From positions 5,518,001 through 5,582,000 of the forward strand of contig OZ231126.1 in NCBI GenBank assembly GCA_965153355.1: 64,000 nucleotides of DNA, given 5' to 3'. Shown here piece by piece: positions 27,324-40,832 of the stretch. This DNA is from Flaccisagitta enflata (lineage: Eukaryota). Position numbers and translations under genes: made by a program. The notes below the pieces were generated by a model, which was given only the letters and a program-made list of their open reading frames with translations, had not been told where the DNA came from and did not search any database. Each line of letters begins with the position of its first letter. The stretch's first letter is position 1.

Positions 27324-27772
27324 CGATTTGATGATGATGTTCCTCTGCAACATCCTGACATGACATATGTTTTCACACAACAGCAACAATCAGCAACATC
27401 ATGCCATGACAGCCACTTCCGCACAACAGATACATCAGAACATAACAGCGACATCTTCCCACTTAAATCATCCTAACATTTCCACACTACCGCAAAGTGA
27501 TCGACATTTTCAGGCTTTACCGCTTTTGAGCACTGAAACCAACTCTTTGAGGTTAAATAGTCCTTGGCCATATATCCAAATACAAGTAAATCATGTATCC
27601 CAAGTAAAGCATTCAGCAAATGACTTTCACAGGAAGTTTTCCGAGTTTGAAATGTTTACGACGAAAGACTCAAAGACGAAAAAATCAAAAATATTTGGCC
27701 TTGACGAAACCGATACAATTCAAACCGCAGGAATGATACGGAAATTTATGGACAGCTGAAGTATTCTTTGAG

Positions 27773-27838
<66 letters not shown>

Positions 27839-27860
27839 AACAACAACAACAACAACATGT

Positions 27861-27913
<53 letters not shown>

Positions 27914-28018
27914 GTAATGATGATGATGATGACGATGATGATGATGATGACGAGGATGATGACTGTAAGCATTCTGGTGATGCTCTCGATGATAAGAGGG
28001 TTTTGCAAAGGGCGAAGG

Positions 28019-28082
<64 letters not shown>

Positions 28083-28179
28083 TGTGGAGAAGTGTATTTG
28101 ACAGGCACAGGTATGATGTTGTTGCGTTGAGCGAACAATGTAAATGTGATGCGGTTTTGCTATGATGATGATGATGATA

Positions 28180-28219
<40 letters not shown>

Positions 28220-28665
28220 CGACGATTTGATGATGATGTTCCTCTGCAACATCCTGACATGACATATGTTTTCACACAACAGCAACATCATGCCATGACA
28301 GCCACTTCCGCACAACAGATACATCAGAACATAACAGCGACATCTTCCCACTTAAATCATCCTAACATTTCCACACTACGGCAAAGTGATCGACATTTTC
28401 AGACTTTATCGCTTTTGTGCACTGAAACCAACTCTTTGAGGGTGAAATAGTCCTTGGCCATATATCCAAATACAAGTAAAGCATGTATCCCAAGTAAAGC
28501 ATTCAGCAAATGACTTTCACAGCAAGTTTTCCGAGTTTGAAATGTTTACGACGAAAGACTCAAAGACGAAAAACTCAAAAATATTTGGCATTGACGAAAC
28601 CGATACAATTCAAACCGCAGGAATGATACGGAAATTTATGAATAGTCGAAATATTCTTTGAGACC

Positions 28666-28741
<76 letters not shown>

Positions 28742-28801
28742 CCAACAACAACAACAACAGCGGAAAAGATGATGACGATGCTGACGATGACGATAACGAT
28801 A

Positions 28802-28868
<67 letters not shown>

Positions 28869-28940
28869 CGATGATGACGGAAAGCATGCTGGTGATGCTC
28901 TCGATGATAAAAAAATTTTGCAAGGGGCGTAGGGTAAAAT
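27121..28940 (+). repeat. Tandem duplication of ~900-bp intronic unit containing GA, GAT and CAA microsatellites
   Basis: 27121-28020 and 28021-28940 are collinear and highly similar outside the microsatellites. Confidence 0.88.
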
Positions 28941-29682
28941 AGAGAGACTTGGGCTTGGCATTCAGAAATTAGTTTTAAACGTAAGAAAACGCACTGGATC
29001 GAGAAAGAGACTATCAATAGAATTTGACCTTTTCAAATGACCGAGATAAATTTGAGGTTCGAAATCAAATAAAATTCTTTCATCTATTGAGTTTAACGAA
29101 AAATAAGAGAGAGATCATTAAACTTGATTATTAAAGTGCAGACTAGTTTTAACCCTCTTCATAGCCCACTTTTGTTGTGGTGAGTTTTTAAATGTTTGGG
29201 TACAGTAAAACCTCGCTGGACCGCTACAACGGATCCAAGAATAACAAAAATCCGTCTGTAACAGACAAAACATCGGTCTCTCCGGATCATTTCTTTTTGT
29301 TGGATGAAATTCATAAGTCCCCTGCCGTCCGTTATTGTTTGCGGTGTGAAACTGTATCAATGATTGCACTCAAGAATGTACTTAAGAAAAGGTCCCTTTT
29401 AAGGTTGTTAATGCATCCAGAAAAAAATCTCTGGGTGTGTTGTTATCGGTTTGGCCCAAACCGTTTCGGTGGATGATTGAACTCAGAAAAGTTTCCCCGA
29501 TTTTGAGTTTTGAGGGATGAATGTACTTTTGCTCCTGAAATGGTTCTTTCGAGTTTTCTTGTCGTTTTTGTGCCTGGAAAATGTCTGCTTATCATCTTCA
29601 TCACGTCATCCTACTTTCTTCAGCTTTCTCTCTCTCTGTCTCTCTCTCTCTCTCTGTCTCTCTCTCTCTCTGTCTCTCTCTC

Positions 29683-30783
29683 ATTGAGCTGCCCGGCAAC
29701 TTCTATGAGAAATCTATTATGGCCCAAGCAAGAATCAAAGCCAAGCTTGTAAAAGATTCACTAAACAGGGACCACGCTGACAAATACCTTGCAAAGCCAC
29801 AACATGGTGCATTTGCCCGCTTATTAAATGACAATGAGGCAGACGTGAAGCAATCCTTTGCGTGGTTGAAAAAGTGCCACTTAGATCCACACACTGAGAG
29901 CTATATCTGTGGTGCTCAGGAGCTTGCAGTTATTACTAAAGTCCATGAAAAACGCATCCTGAAGAATAGCTCTGATGACCTTTGCAGAGTTTGTAAAAAG
30001 GACCCAGAATCGATCTTCCATATCTTAGGGGCCTGTGATGTACTTGCAAAGCGGGAATACTTTACTCGACACAACAACATTTGCAAATATCTCCATTACA
30101 AAATCATGAATCACTACCAAGTCAAAACAGGTGACAACTGGTTCCATCATGAACCAGATGATGTTGTTCTCAACGACAAATGTGAGATCATCTATGATCA
30201 AGTTATAGCAACCACAAGGCCTGTTGGAGCTAATCGCCCTGACATCATTGTAAAGGATAAGACAACTAAGAATGCACTCATTATTGACGTTTCTTGCCCG
30301 GTTGACACAAATATCGGAAAGAAAGAACGGGAAAAAGTGGGCAAATATGCTGGTCTAAAGGGGGAACTACAGAGGATGTGGGGTATGAAAGCAGAAATTG
30401 TCCCTATTATTGTGGGTGGGCTTGGAGCTATTACAAAAAACCTGGGTGACGAACTTACCAAAGTCCCTGGCCATCCAGACCGCTTCATGTGCCAAAAAAT
30501 TTGCCTCCTTGGATCTAAGAAGATCCTCCAAGACGTTTTAAAGAGAAGATAAAGAGCAAGCCCAAAGAACACCCTTTTCGCCAAGCCCAAGAAAACAACA
30601 ACCCTCCAAGACAGTTTCTAAGACAGTTGCCAAGTCAGTTTTTAAGACAGTTTTTCAGACAGGTTTTAAGACAGCCCCTTAAACAGCATTAATCTCCTAT
30701 GAGGACAAGCGCTCTTCCGGAGAAACGAACAATGCGCCCATAGCTGTGACTTTGGTGATGATTCTTCAATATATCATATTTTC
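29683..30783 (+). mobile_element. 5'-truncated non-LTR retrotransposon with restriction-like endonuclease (R4/Dong-like)
   Basis: ORF to 30552 with CRVCKKDPESIFHILGAC (CCHC finger), RHN, RPDII, IIDVSCP and KxxKY motifs of RLE; RT domain missing; flanked on both sides by (CT)n. Confidence 0.85.
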
Positions 30784-30796
30784 CTCTCTCTCTCTC

Positions 30797-30864
<68 letters not shown>

Positions 30865-31193
30865 TGCACACAAACCATATCGGACAGGAATTCCCATAAT
30901 TCACCCAAAAAAAAAAAGAAGGCAAAAAACCGTTTTCAATAACATCATTTTCTCCTCATTTCTTCCCCTTCTTTTCCAACCAGCAACCCCTCATCCCTCT
31001 TTAAACACCCCCTCAACTTATCTCCCCCTTTTTCGCACCCCTCCCGCCCTCCACAATATCCGCCACGACCAACCCCTGCTACCCCAATATCTTCCATTCT
31101 TCCACCTCCCGCTAAAACCCGCAAACACCCCCGCCACCTCCACCCCATCACCTCTTTCCACCCCCTCCCAACCCCCCCCCCCTCTTTTTCCAG

Positions 31194-31457
31194 GGCTCTC
31201 GTCGTCTGACTTTGACTTGTCCATCCTCGGACTACCGCATCGAAGTAATCCGTTCTTTCTACGGTTGGTCCAAGTCGGAGTCCGTCTGTCACCAAGTCGC
31301 CGGTGACACATATTGTCAAATCAGCGAAGGTGACGTGGCCAGCCGTTGCGACGGTGAAAGTTCATGTCAATTCTGGGCCGATGCCTCGGGCTGGCTCATT
31401 GGCTGTCACGGACTCCACGATTTCCTTCAAGTGGATTTCTTCTGCGTCCGATCGTGA
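31194..31457 (+). CDS. SUEL-lectin receptor, exon 4 (galactose/rhamnose-binding SUEL lectin domain)
   Basis: TTTTTCCAG acceptor, phase 0; LTLTCP..IEVIRSFYG..C..C..VASRCDGESSC..C.G..DFLQVDFFC; with exon 3 gives the 8-Cys SUEL pattern. Confidence 0.82.
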   Translation, partial: GSRRLTLTCPSSDYRIEVIRSFYGWSKSESVCHQVAGDTYCQISEGDVASRCDGESSCQFWADASGWLIGCHGLHDFLQVDFFCVRS

Positions 31458-33967
31458 TTAATTAATATGCTTAAATGTTCTTTCATTTTAATTGTTGATT
31501 TATTTTACTGGTTATACGATGTTGGATTATTTTCATGAAAATTGTTGATTATTTTTTTTTAATCTTTGCGAGGACTTTACTGAAAAGTTTGTAAGTAGAC
31601 CTTCATAAACCTTTTTGTCTCAAGGGTAAATTTGAATTTTTTTCAAGAACAAGTTCCCATTTATACAAAAGTAAGTTACGTTTCTGGTTTTTTTTTATAC
31701 CCCCCCCCCCCCAAAAAAGAGTCTGAGAAAAAAAAATATTGATCCTCATGTTTCTCTATTGTTGCTTATCGCTATTAAAACAGCTTTTGATATGTTCAGT
31801 GATAGAATTTAACATGAAATGTTAAATTCTCTTGTTTTCATCACAAATCTCTTGACGACGAGAGGCTTAGAGAGAAAGAAAAGTTTTCCCTTCACTTCTT
31901 ATTTAAAGATAAAGAATTAAGATCTTTTTTCTTTCTTTTTAGTCGCGTGCTACGCGATTCTACAACCCGCTTTGTCGGTCCGTCGGTCCGTCCGTCCGTC
32001 TGTTGGTCCGTTGGTCTGTCCGTCACACTTTACTTTTTTTGGGTTTTTTGCGGTCTTTGGCCTCACTGCACCTGCCCAAATGATTGAGTGACCTCAAATA
32101 CAGCCCCTGCCCACCCGCACGCGACTGGGGTTGCCGTGTATCCGGCCTTGTTTTTCTTGAAGGGAGAAAAACGGAAGCAGACTAGAGGTCGCATGTTTTA
32201 AAATTGTTTATTCCGAATTCAAAATTCAAAGATGTCTGGTCATGGTCCAAGTTTAGTCTGAGTTTTAATAAGAGAAGAAAAAGGGTTTTGAATTAGAAAC
32301 GGCATGCATAAATGGGTCTTGAGAATCGAGATATACAATTGACCTTTTCCATGAGTGAACTTCCGTTTGACTTCTGAAGTTCTGATGGTCTCATGATAAT
32401 TAAGCACAAATGGCTATTGATAATCACTTTCATTTACAAGAAATAAATGGTTAAATGAACTCGACTTGTTGATGTTAATTGTTTAAAATTGGACGCTGGT
32501 AGATTTATAGTCGTTGTTATTCCTCCCCCCCCTTCCGCCTTCCCCCACCTCCCCCCATGTTCCCAATATTGTGTATCCCACCACAAGTCTGCAGTCAAAC
32601 ACTCCCCCCCCCCAGCCTCCCCCCCCCATCCCCCCACATGCGTCCTTTCTGGACAATTAAGGAGAATATCACCAATTTTCACACTTTCACTGTACATATG
32701 AATACACAATTTTATGTCGAATTAGTTGTTAGTAATTTGTTAATAAAATTCAAACTAAAGCGCGTTAAGAGCCCTCAAATGACTTGTTTTTTTTTCCTTA
32801 GCGATCTTAAAATTTAGGCTTAATCGAACAGACTAACAGGGAACCCATCCGTTCAATCTTAGGGACGGCACAGTTACTTATTTTCCTCTTTTATCTATTG
32901 ATATGTCATAGGCACAATTACCTCTTGAAACCCCTGATGAGAATTAGATTTTAGACATGCATGGAATGGGGTTTTAGGTAGGTATTTGTTTGGTAAAAAT
33001 GTAAACCGGAGATAGTTAACACAAGTCGGAGTGCAAACGAAGACAAAAATTGATTTTCAGTCACAAAAAACTATTATATCTAGCTATTGTAGAAGATAAA
33101 AAGTTTTGAAATCAAAATTTTTATATTCCAGATTACTTGAAATGTTTGCTTAATACTTTTACAAATGTTAATGTCTTTATTCAGGTATTCCCTGATGAAG
33201 GCCGTTTGGTCGAAATATATTGGGAGAATTATTCATGTACTTTGAGAATATCAAGAAAAAATTACCAAACAACAAATTTTTATTGTATGTTCATAAAGAC
33301 TAAAGTTAGTCAATAAAACAAGACAATTTTTCAAAAAAATGAGAGGAAAAGTTCAAAAAGTTGCTGGGTAAAATTATAATTCCGCTTCAGGATGCAAAAT
33401 TTTGTATTTCTAAATACATGGCCCTCATCTCATAAGTCTTTAGAAAGACGCCATGTTTTTTAAAAAGGACGCCTTTTAAATCTCTAAGCAAAATTATAAT
33501 CTTAAACAAGACATGTCAGATTGTAAAAGAAGATTTTTCTTTAAAAATCCTTTTTTTCTGACCTTTATCTTTACATTTCATAGTTACTTTAGACACAAAA
33601 ATGATTTTAATGCAAAAATATTTTAATCATAAACTAATGAACATTTTTCATCAATGAAATATGCAAATTTACTATATCTATGATGTTAGAAAAAATTGTG
33701 TTGACCGATCAAATTTTGTCTTTGATTGCACCCCGACACAAGAGAGAACATCAAAGACCCCGTTTTCTGGAAATTGTAGCATCAATTACAGAAAAGGCAA
33801 ATTTATCTTGTTTTTTTTTCATATTGCAAAAGGGACCTAAGAGAGGCATAATCGTTCATAGCGCTGAATTTGGGGTTTTCAATGAAGATCTACAATGTTG
33901 AAATAAAGTGATAGGATTAAGGTAGGTTTGGAACCATGAAAACTGACATATACAAAAAAAGACTTAC

Positions 33968-34061
33968 TTGAGGGTTGTAAATCTTTTCCATGCGTTTGAA
34001 GTCCGTCACTTTGCTGTTGCTGCAGTGATAGGTGAAGGGTTTGTGATACAGCACCAAATGC
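33968..34061 (-). CDS. ADGB: Androglobin internal exon (HLVLYHKPFTY...KVTDFK)
   Basis: CACAG acceptor, GTAAGT donor, phase 2 to 0; continues WIHYDDFVRCFK to match the W..F.DF..CF..I.IFHKP..Y block of androglobin as I recall it. Confidence 0.8.
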
Positions 34062-34847
34062 CTGTGGACAAATTGAAAAAAAAGAGTATTCAGAGTTTGA
34101 CTTGTTGCAGCATGTTTTAAAGCATCTGACTCAAGATCATAAACCTTGAACCACAGAATATATGGCATTTGGGTGTGTCAATATGCAAAACATCAATCCC
34201 TGAGAACATTACACTAGGAAAGCATGGGATTACTCATTTTAATGCCCTCACTGGTTTTCTTTTTTCAAATTTCTGTCATCTTCAGTTTTTTTTCAAAAAC
34301 CCTGTTTCGCCCCTAATTTGCATAATGTTGTAATCATGTTATCAACTTATCATCCTTTGCCTTGTTATAGTGGGCTTTCCAATTACTTTTAAATGCTGCT
34401 ATCCACTTTAAAGCTTCATAGAAAAATGTCTGGGTTGTTTATGTCAAATTTAATGAAACCGTAAAATGGTCATTTTCGGTTAATCAATTTGTCTTTGACG
34501 AACGAGAGTGCAGTCATTACTTAGTATTTCGATCGCGAAAAAAAACGGTTGCTGATGGAATTTTGGAAAATGAGAACGGTGATCATTTTTGAATCAAAAG
34601 CACCATATTGAGTCAGCATGATGGTCTCAAACACAGTCATCACCCGTATTTGACACACATGAATGTGGCATCAAAATCAATATTCTTCGAATCATCGTTC
34701 TTGCAGCCTCTGACTCAGAACTAAATGACTTCGCACTTGAATCTAAATCTATGTACTATCTAGGAAATAGATATACGGACAGATGAAAGAAATTAGCCTT
34801 TACATTCACTGAATGATATGTATGTTCAAATGAATCAATTTCTTGAG

Positions 34848-34968
34848 TGAAAACAAAACATTTCTTTGGGAAACACATATGATGTTTTTATGAGGTAAAA
34901 ACGGGAATTTTCGACCCTTATCTAACAAAAACATCATATGTGTTTCCCAAAGAAATGTTTTGTTTTCA
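34848..34968. repeat. Perfect 42-bp inverted repeat with 37-nt loop
   Basis: 34848-34889 is the exact reverse complement of 34927-34968. Confidence 0.9.
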
Positions 34969-35166
34969 ATCATTATCTCTACCATATGTGTAATGTCACT
35001 CAACCCGAATCAATTTCTTGTCATTACTTGGTGTTTTGATTTATCAAGAGCTTCCGTTTCGAGTTATGGGATTGGTCAATGATTTTTCAACTTAAATGAG
35101 TGTATCCTTAATTCCTTAGTAAGTTCACTCACTTGAAGCATCTGACTCACAGCAACTGACACTTAC

Positions 35167-35398
35167 TTGAAGCATCTGACGAAGTCGTCGTAATGAATCC
35201 AAATCTCTTTTGGTTTTTTGGGGATGTCGTCTCCTCCGGCGCCTTCTTGAGACGCGGCATCTTCTTCCTTCTCTTCCGGTATGGCGCCGGCGCCTTCGCC
35301 AGGCGGCGCCAATGAAGACGGCGTCGCGGCCACGTTCTCTTTGGACAGTCCCATCGACGACTCGCCACCTTCGCCACGAGTCATACCACTCTTTAAAC
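35167..35398 (-). CDS. ADGB: Androglobin internal exon ending in calpain-like EIWIHYDDFVRCF motif
   Basis: CCAAG acceptor, GTAAGT donor, phase 1 to 2. Confidence 0.8.
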
Positions 35399-36462
35399 CT
35401 TGGAGGGGCCGTGAGGAAGGGAGGGGGGTGGGGGGGAAGTTAACAATTAACACTATGCCAGCGGTGACTCACCACCCTCGCCACGAATCATACCACTCCG
35501 TGAGGAAGAGGTGGGGGGGGAAGTGGGGGTGTTAACAATTAACACTATGCAAGCGAGGACAGTGAAAACTCTCTGGACGAAGTCATCGAGGATTGTTGTT
35601 GTTGTTCTGGTTCTTGTTTTTGTTGTTTTTGTTGCTTTTGTTGCTGTCATCTTCGTCATCGAGAAGTCGCCTACTCGGCCGAGTGGTATTTCATTGTTAC
35701 AGCGCTGTTCTTCAAGCCTTTTTTCAGTATTACACTAGACAGAAGAACGACAAGGACAAGAAGGACAAGGACAAGAAGGACGAGGACAAACATGAAAAGC
35801 TAGGAATGAGGGTTGGCTTAGGATTATGTAATGGATGAAAACGCGACGGTGAACAGGTCAGCGATACCCGTTGCCCTGCTTTGCATGATTGTGAATTGAT
35901 GTGAGACGGAAGCAGGGCTGCGGCCCAAAGGGAACAAAGTCATGTAGAACACAAGGGGACTTTTGTCCGTTTGCGCGTCTGCCATCCGCCCCCCCCTCGG
36001 CTCTCTCAGGCCTGAAATCTGCCCTCTCAGACCTAGAATCTACTCTCTCAGGCCTGAAATCTGCCCTCTCAGGCCTTGAATCCCTATGGCAAGCAAAAAG
36101 CCATAGAAGGCAGATTGTAGGCCTGATAGGTCAGATTTCAGGCCTGAGAGGGCAGATAGTAGGCCTGAGAAGGCCTGTAGGGATGGATGAACGAACAAAA
36201 GTCCCCATGTGTTCTACAGGACTTCGTCCCCTTCAGGGCCGCTGCCCAAAAAGGGGTAGGCATCAACTCAGATGGTAGAGGAGTTCAAAAGGGAAAAGGG
36301 CGCAGGTGATAACTGAGTCATCACTGGCAAGTACTGGGAATCTGCGCCGGTAAGGCTTGGCGGGAGTAAGGGTCAATTGTTCACAAAGCAGATCAGGAGA
36401 AAAAGTAAGCAGAGAGAGAGCGAGAGAGCGAGAGAGCGAGAGAGCGAGAGCGAGAGAGCGAG

Positions 36463-36510
<48 letters not shown>

Positions 36511-37165
36511 CTACCGCGACACATATTGACAAACGCGTTAACATGACAAATCACTGCCGACTAAGCAGCTTCTACATTTTATTTGATACCCGAATGAAGA
36601 AAATAGACAAACAGCAAAGGGGAGAGAAATGAGTGATTCAATCAATCATCAAACGCTGTGACACAGTGACTAAGCACAGTCGCACAGTGACACAGTGACT
36701 AAGGCTAAGCAGTATCGAAATCGCAAAAGAGACAAACGGTCATCCGAAATCATTAATCTGGATTTTCCACTCAAATCCACGAATCTTTTTGACATGAGTC
36801 ACTTTAATACATTGGGATCAATCAGATCCGGATGGTGAAGCTTCCGTTTCCCAGTCGTATTACAACAAACGTGACTATGCAAAGCCCGCTTTTAGACGAA
36901 ACAGAATAATCTACGTCTTGTATTTGATAATTAATGATCATCTAACAAGTTGCCAAATCCCAACAAACACAAACAAGATGATTTTACAATTTACATACAT
37001 GAAGTCTGTGAGGAACAAAGGAAAGCTACTCTCAGACGTTTTCAAAACATCTTCTTTTTTTTTCTTCCTTAAAATTTGCTAGGAATTTACCTCCTGACTG
37101 AGTTTTTGCAGTTGCTGACATGAAGGAGGAGACCAATGGGGGTAACTAATAATTTTTTGGCCCAT

Positions 37166-37249
<84 letters not shown>

Positions 37250-37461
37250 GTATAAGTGAGTATCCTCGTCTCTCTTCGTCTTCGCGTATCAGTGAAAGTG
37301 TGTGACTGTGGGTCTGGCTGATCGGGTAGGGTCCAGTAGTCCTACAGATCGTGCTTGTCTTTGTTCTTATGTTTGTATCTGTGCGTGTTACAAAAAATCC
37401 CCATACACATGCACACGCTGATGTCTTCGTGTGCGATCAATTGTATATTGTGTACTCTTAC

Positions 37462-37597
37462 CTTTTCTCATGCTGGCTTCGGAGGGCGACGGACTTCCAG
37501 TCTGTTCTCCTCTCATCGAAGGCGCCGCAGACTTTTTCCCTTTTCCTTCTTTTAATGATGGAGTTGAAGTTCCATTGTGACTTTCACTGCCTTTGGC
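37462..37597 (-). CDS. ADGB: Androglobin internal exon (low-complexity insert AKGSESH...SMRK)
   Basis: TTTTTTCAG acceptor, GTAAGA donor, open frame, phase 0 to 1, joins exon 35398. Confidence 0.7.
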
Positions 37598-38223
37598 CTG
37601 AAAAAATCAAGTTCACTTGCATGACGCTGAATTACAACTTCACCCTTAATTCTATACTTCCTTAATCTAAGACTTTCCTTGCTCATTCCTCCTCTGAAAA
37701 AAAGAACCATAATGTTTCTACAGGAGACTTTGTTGGTCAGTCTGTCCATCCTGTCGCAAATTTCTTCCATTTTCTTTCCTTTGTCGGTTTGAAATGATAA
37801 GCACACAGACATTAATCAAACATTTCCAGGACGTGTCAAAACTGCAACAATCTCATTACTCGTCTGCTGCACAAATTAATTGCCCTATAGCTATTCTGTG
37901 TTCTATATTCAGGAGACAATAATCATCATCCTGTTTCACACAACACAAGTCATACAGGCCACGTCGTAAAAAAAGGATAACCGACCAACGCACGTACAAA
38001 CTGTCATACCCTCTCATTGTAATGCAAGAACCCATCTCCAAAGAGAGACACTATCTAGATAACAACACAACTAAGATTAAAGAAGCCAACAGATTACAGT
38101 AATTATCATATCATTTTCATAAAATCAATTCACTCCACATGCAAAATTGCCGCACGATTTATTCATGCTAAAGACGTTTTTTCTTCACGTCCAAAACAAA
38201 GCATTAGTAATTCCATAATTTAC

Positions 38224-38250
38224 CTTTTTTCTTTTGGAGCTACTTCGTTT
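38224..38250 (-). CDS. ADGB: Possible 27-nt androglobin micro-exon (KRSSSKRKK)
   Basis: CACAG acceptor, GTAAAT donor, symmetric phase 0; no homology support. Confidence 0.4.
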
Positions 38251-38923
38251 CTGTGAGTTTGGATTAGTTTTTCAGTTTTGAGGGGAAATTGAGGGGTTTG
38301 GAATGTTAGCAGGGGGTAGAAAAAGACATGACAATGAAGGACGATTAATTTGTAATGCTGAGTTATACATTTTGTCTTGGTTAGTGGAATTGAATAGAAA
38401 TATGTTATTTTCATGTTCAGCATACCAGAAGTAGTAACAGCGATAAAGGAACTATATCCTAGCAAAGTTAAAAATGTAATTGCCTGAGATGAAGTGCTAA
38501 ATATTAGCGTCTAGTTCCTACAATCAGACTATCACATGGGCTATTTTTTTTGTTCGTATTGATGTTGTCAATATGATTTGCGAAGCCATTTGCTAAGTCT
38601 CAGCGTGTCTAACGAACCATTACTAGAGTCCTCAATTTATCATTTATTCGCGTTTATTCGATCTCTAAGATCACAGGGATCAGATACGAGATTACTGTAC
38701 AGGAGAAATGGCTGTTTGAACATGATTTGCGTGTTGAACCATAAATTTCTAGTCTTCCCAGTAGGCTAACAATCAATAAACCTCGAACTATTTACTGTTT
38801 ACAAGTAACGAGTCCTTTCACAGATAAAATAACATCGTTCCCAGTAAAGATCTTAGTTCCCATTAGTCTTTTACAGTAATTGCCTTAATAGGCAAAAATT
38901 TGATTAATTCCTTTCGTCAGTTT

Positions 38924-38971
<48 letters not shown>

Positions 38972-39873
38972 CTTTCTCATCAAAGCAGTTTCACATCTTT
39001 TAAATGGTTCAGCTCAGCTACGGTTTCAGCTACTATCATTCTCAGTTGCTCTCGCGATTTAGCGCTTTCTGTCATAATGAGGTCTTTCGTGACTTTCTCT
39101 TATTCTATGTGTTAATATCGACAAATCAAACGACAGAAGAAATCGACTAGAGGAGAACTAGGACAGTGTTTGCAATTGCAAACTCAAGGCAGTCGATACT
39201 CGGCTGTTTATGTCAGTTTTGTAACTTGATCCATTTTAATTTGGCCGAAATTTAAAGTCTTTGGCAAATATGAGATAAGGAAAGACTTGTCGTGCCATTT
39301 TTATTTAACGAGATTCGCGTTTCACTTTCGAAAGAAATTTGTAAAATTTACTTCGTCAGCCTACGACGATTTCTAATGAAAACAAGCCCAAACTGGCAAC
39401 GATGCGTATATTGATCATGTGACACATATGGATTGACAGATGGACAAACAGACAGATGGAACGACAAGATTAGTAATGGAGGCTCTCAAATCATGTTTGT
39501 CTCGCAGTAGATTCAGTGTACGATCTCGTCGTGGCCGTAAACGGCCGAAAACCGCGGTTTTTGCACAGGCGTAACGGACCGACGGACCGACGGACGGACG
39601 GACGGACGGACCGACCGACCGACGGACGGACGGACAAACCCTCTTATAGAGATGCGAGGACGCATCTAACAAACAGTAGAATTGCTCGTTCACAGGCTGG
39701 TTCATTCATTCCTTATTTGCTCGAATATTTCGTTCTCAATAAATTGCGAGTGTTCCCTTTCTTTCGATAACTGTTAGTTAACTGAACGGAATTTCACACA
39801 ATTTCTTATTGCGGCGATATCAGCAAGTAACGAAATATCTACCTTTAACGAAACATCCGCCAAAATCGAAGCT

Positions 39874-40066
39874 ATGGCGGCGCGAGTAGAAACTGAAGAT
39901 GGCAAGAAAGATCATCTGAAGGTTCACGTTGCGACTTGGAATTTGGGCAACGGTTTACCCCCGACAGAAACTTGGAACGGAAGCGAAGATAATTGGCGCA
40001 GATTCGTCGAAATGCGACAATCGAACAAGAATGCCACAGCTAAAGGCGCGTTGGATGCTGCAGCAG
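39874..40066 (+). CDS. INPP5K: Inositol polyphosphate 5-phosphatase (INPP5K/J-like), exon 1
   Basis: ATG 39874, LKVHVATWNLG motif, CAG|GTAAGC donor, phase 1. Confidence 0.85.
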
Positions 40067-40466
40067 GTAAGCAGGATAATACGACCTTCAACAAAACAAT
40101 GCAACAGCTGATAGAGCTGTAGCAGCTAAAAACGCTGCAGCAGGTAAGCAAGATTTCTCTTAATACGAACTTTTCCACGAAAATGCAACAGCTGATGGTG
40201 TTGCAGCTTCTGCAGATGTTGTAGCAGGTAGGTCATATGACTCATATCGTGATGTTTGCAGCATCAGATAACACACGCAAGGTTGCATGCTTAAAAGTGT
40301 CACCATTTTTATGGTCTCACCTCACCTTCGGCCCTCTTAGCGACCTTCAGCAGCATCACAAAACCCTCCATCAGCAATGAAGCAGAAACTCTTCCCTCCA
40401 CTGAAGCAGAAACTCTTGCCTCCGAAGCTCTTCCTTTCTATAAAACAGCATCTTCACTCTCCACAG

Positions 40467-40832
40467 GCTCTGATGAGATCGATTTGGCGGTTTTTAGCTT
40501 CCAAGAAATCGATCGACATTGTGATCTGTTTGAAGGCGACGAACCCTGGACGAAGCTGCTGACGGACGAGTTGACGACGAGCCATTCCAAGTCCGCCGAT
40601 TCGACAAGCCATTCCAACTCTGCTCAGTCGACGAGCCGTTCCAGCTTCGTCCGATTGGCGGCGGTGCGCATGGAGAAGATTCTGCTGTTGGTGTTCATCC
40701 GTCGGCCGCTGCTGCACAGAGTCAGAAATCTGAGAACTTCTTACACCAAAACCGGATTAGGAGGACTGAAAGGCAATAAAGGAGGAGTAACGGTCAGGCT
40801 GACGCTAATGGGGAGAGAGATATGCATCGTGG
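40467..40832 (+). CDS. INPP5K: Inositol 5-phosphatase, exon 2 (alternative in-frame acceptor at 40341)
   Basis: DLAVFSFQEI and TGLGGLKGNKGGV motifs; G|GTGAGT donor, phase 1. Confidence 0.85.

Noticed and set aside
29581-29682. N-terminus of the 323-aa ORF
   Set aside because: Derived from flanking (CT)n; the element is 5'-truncated near 29683.
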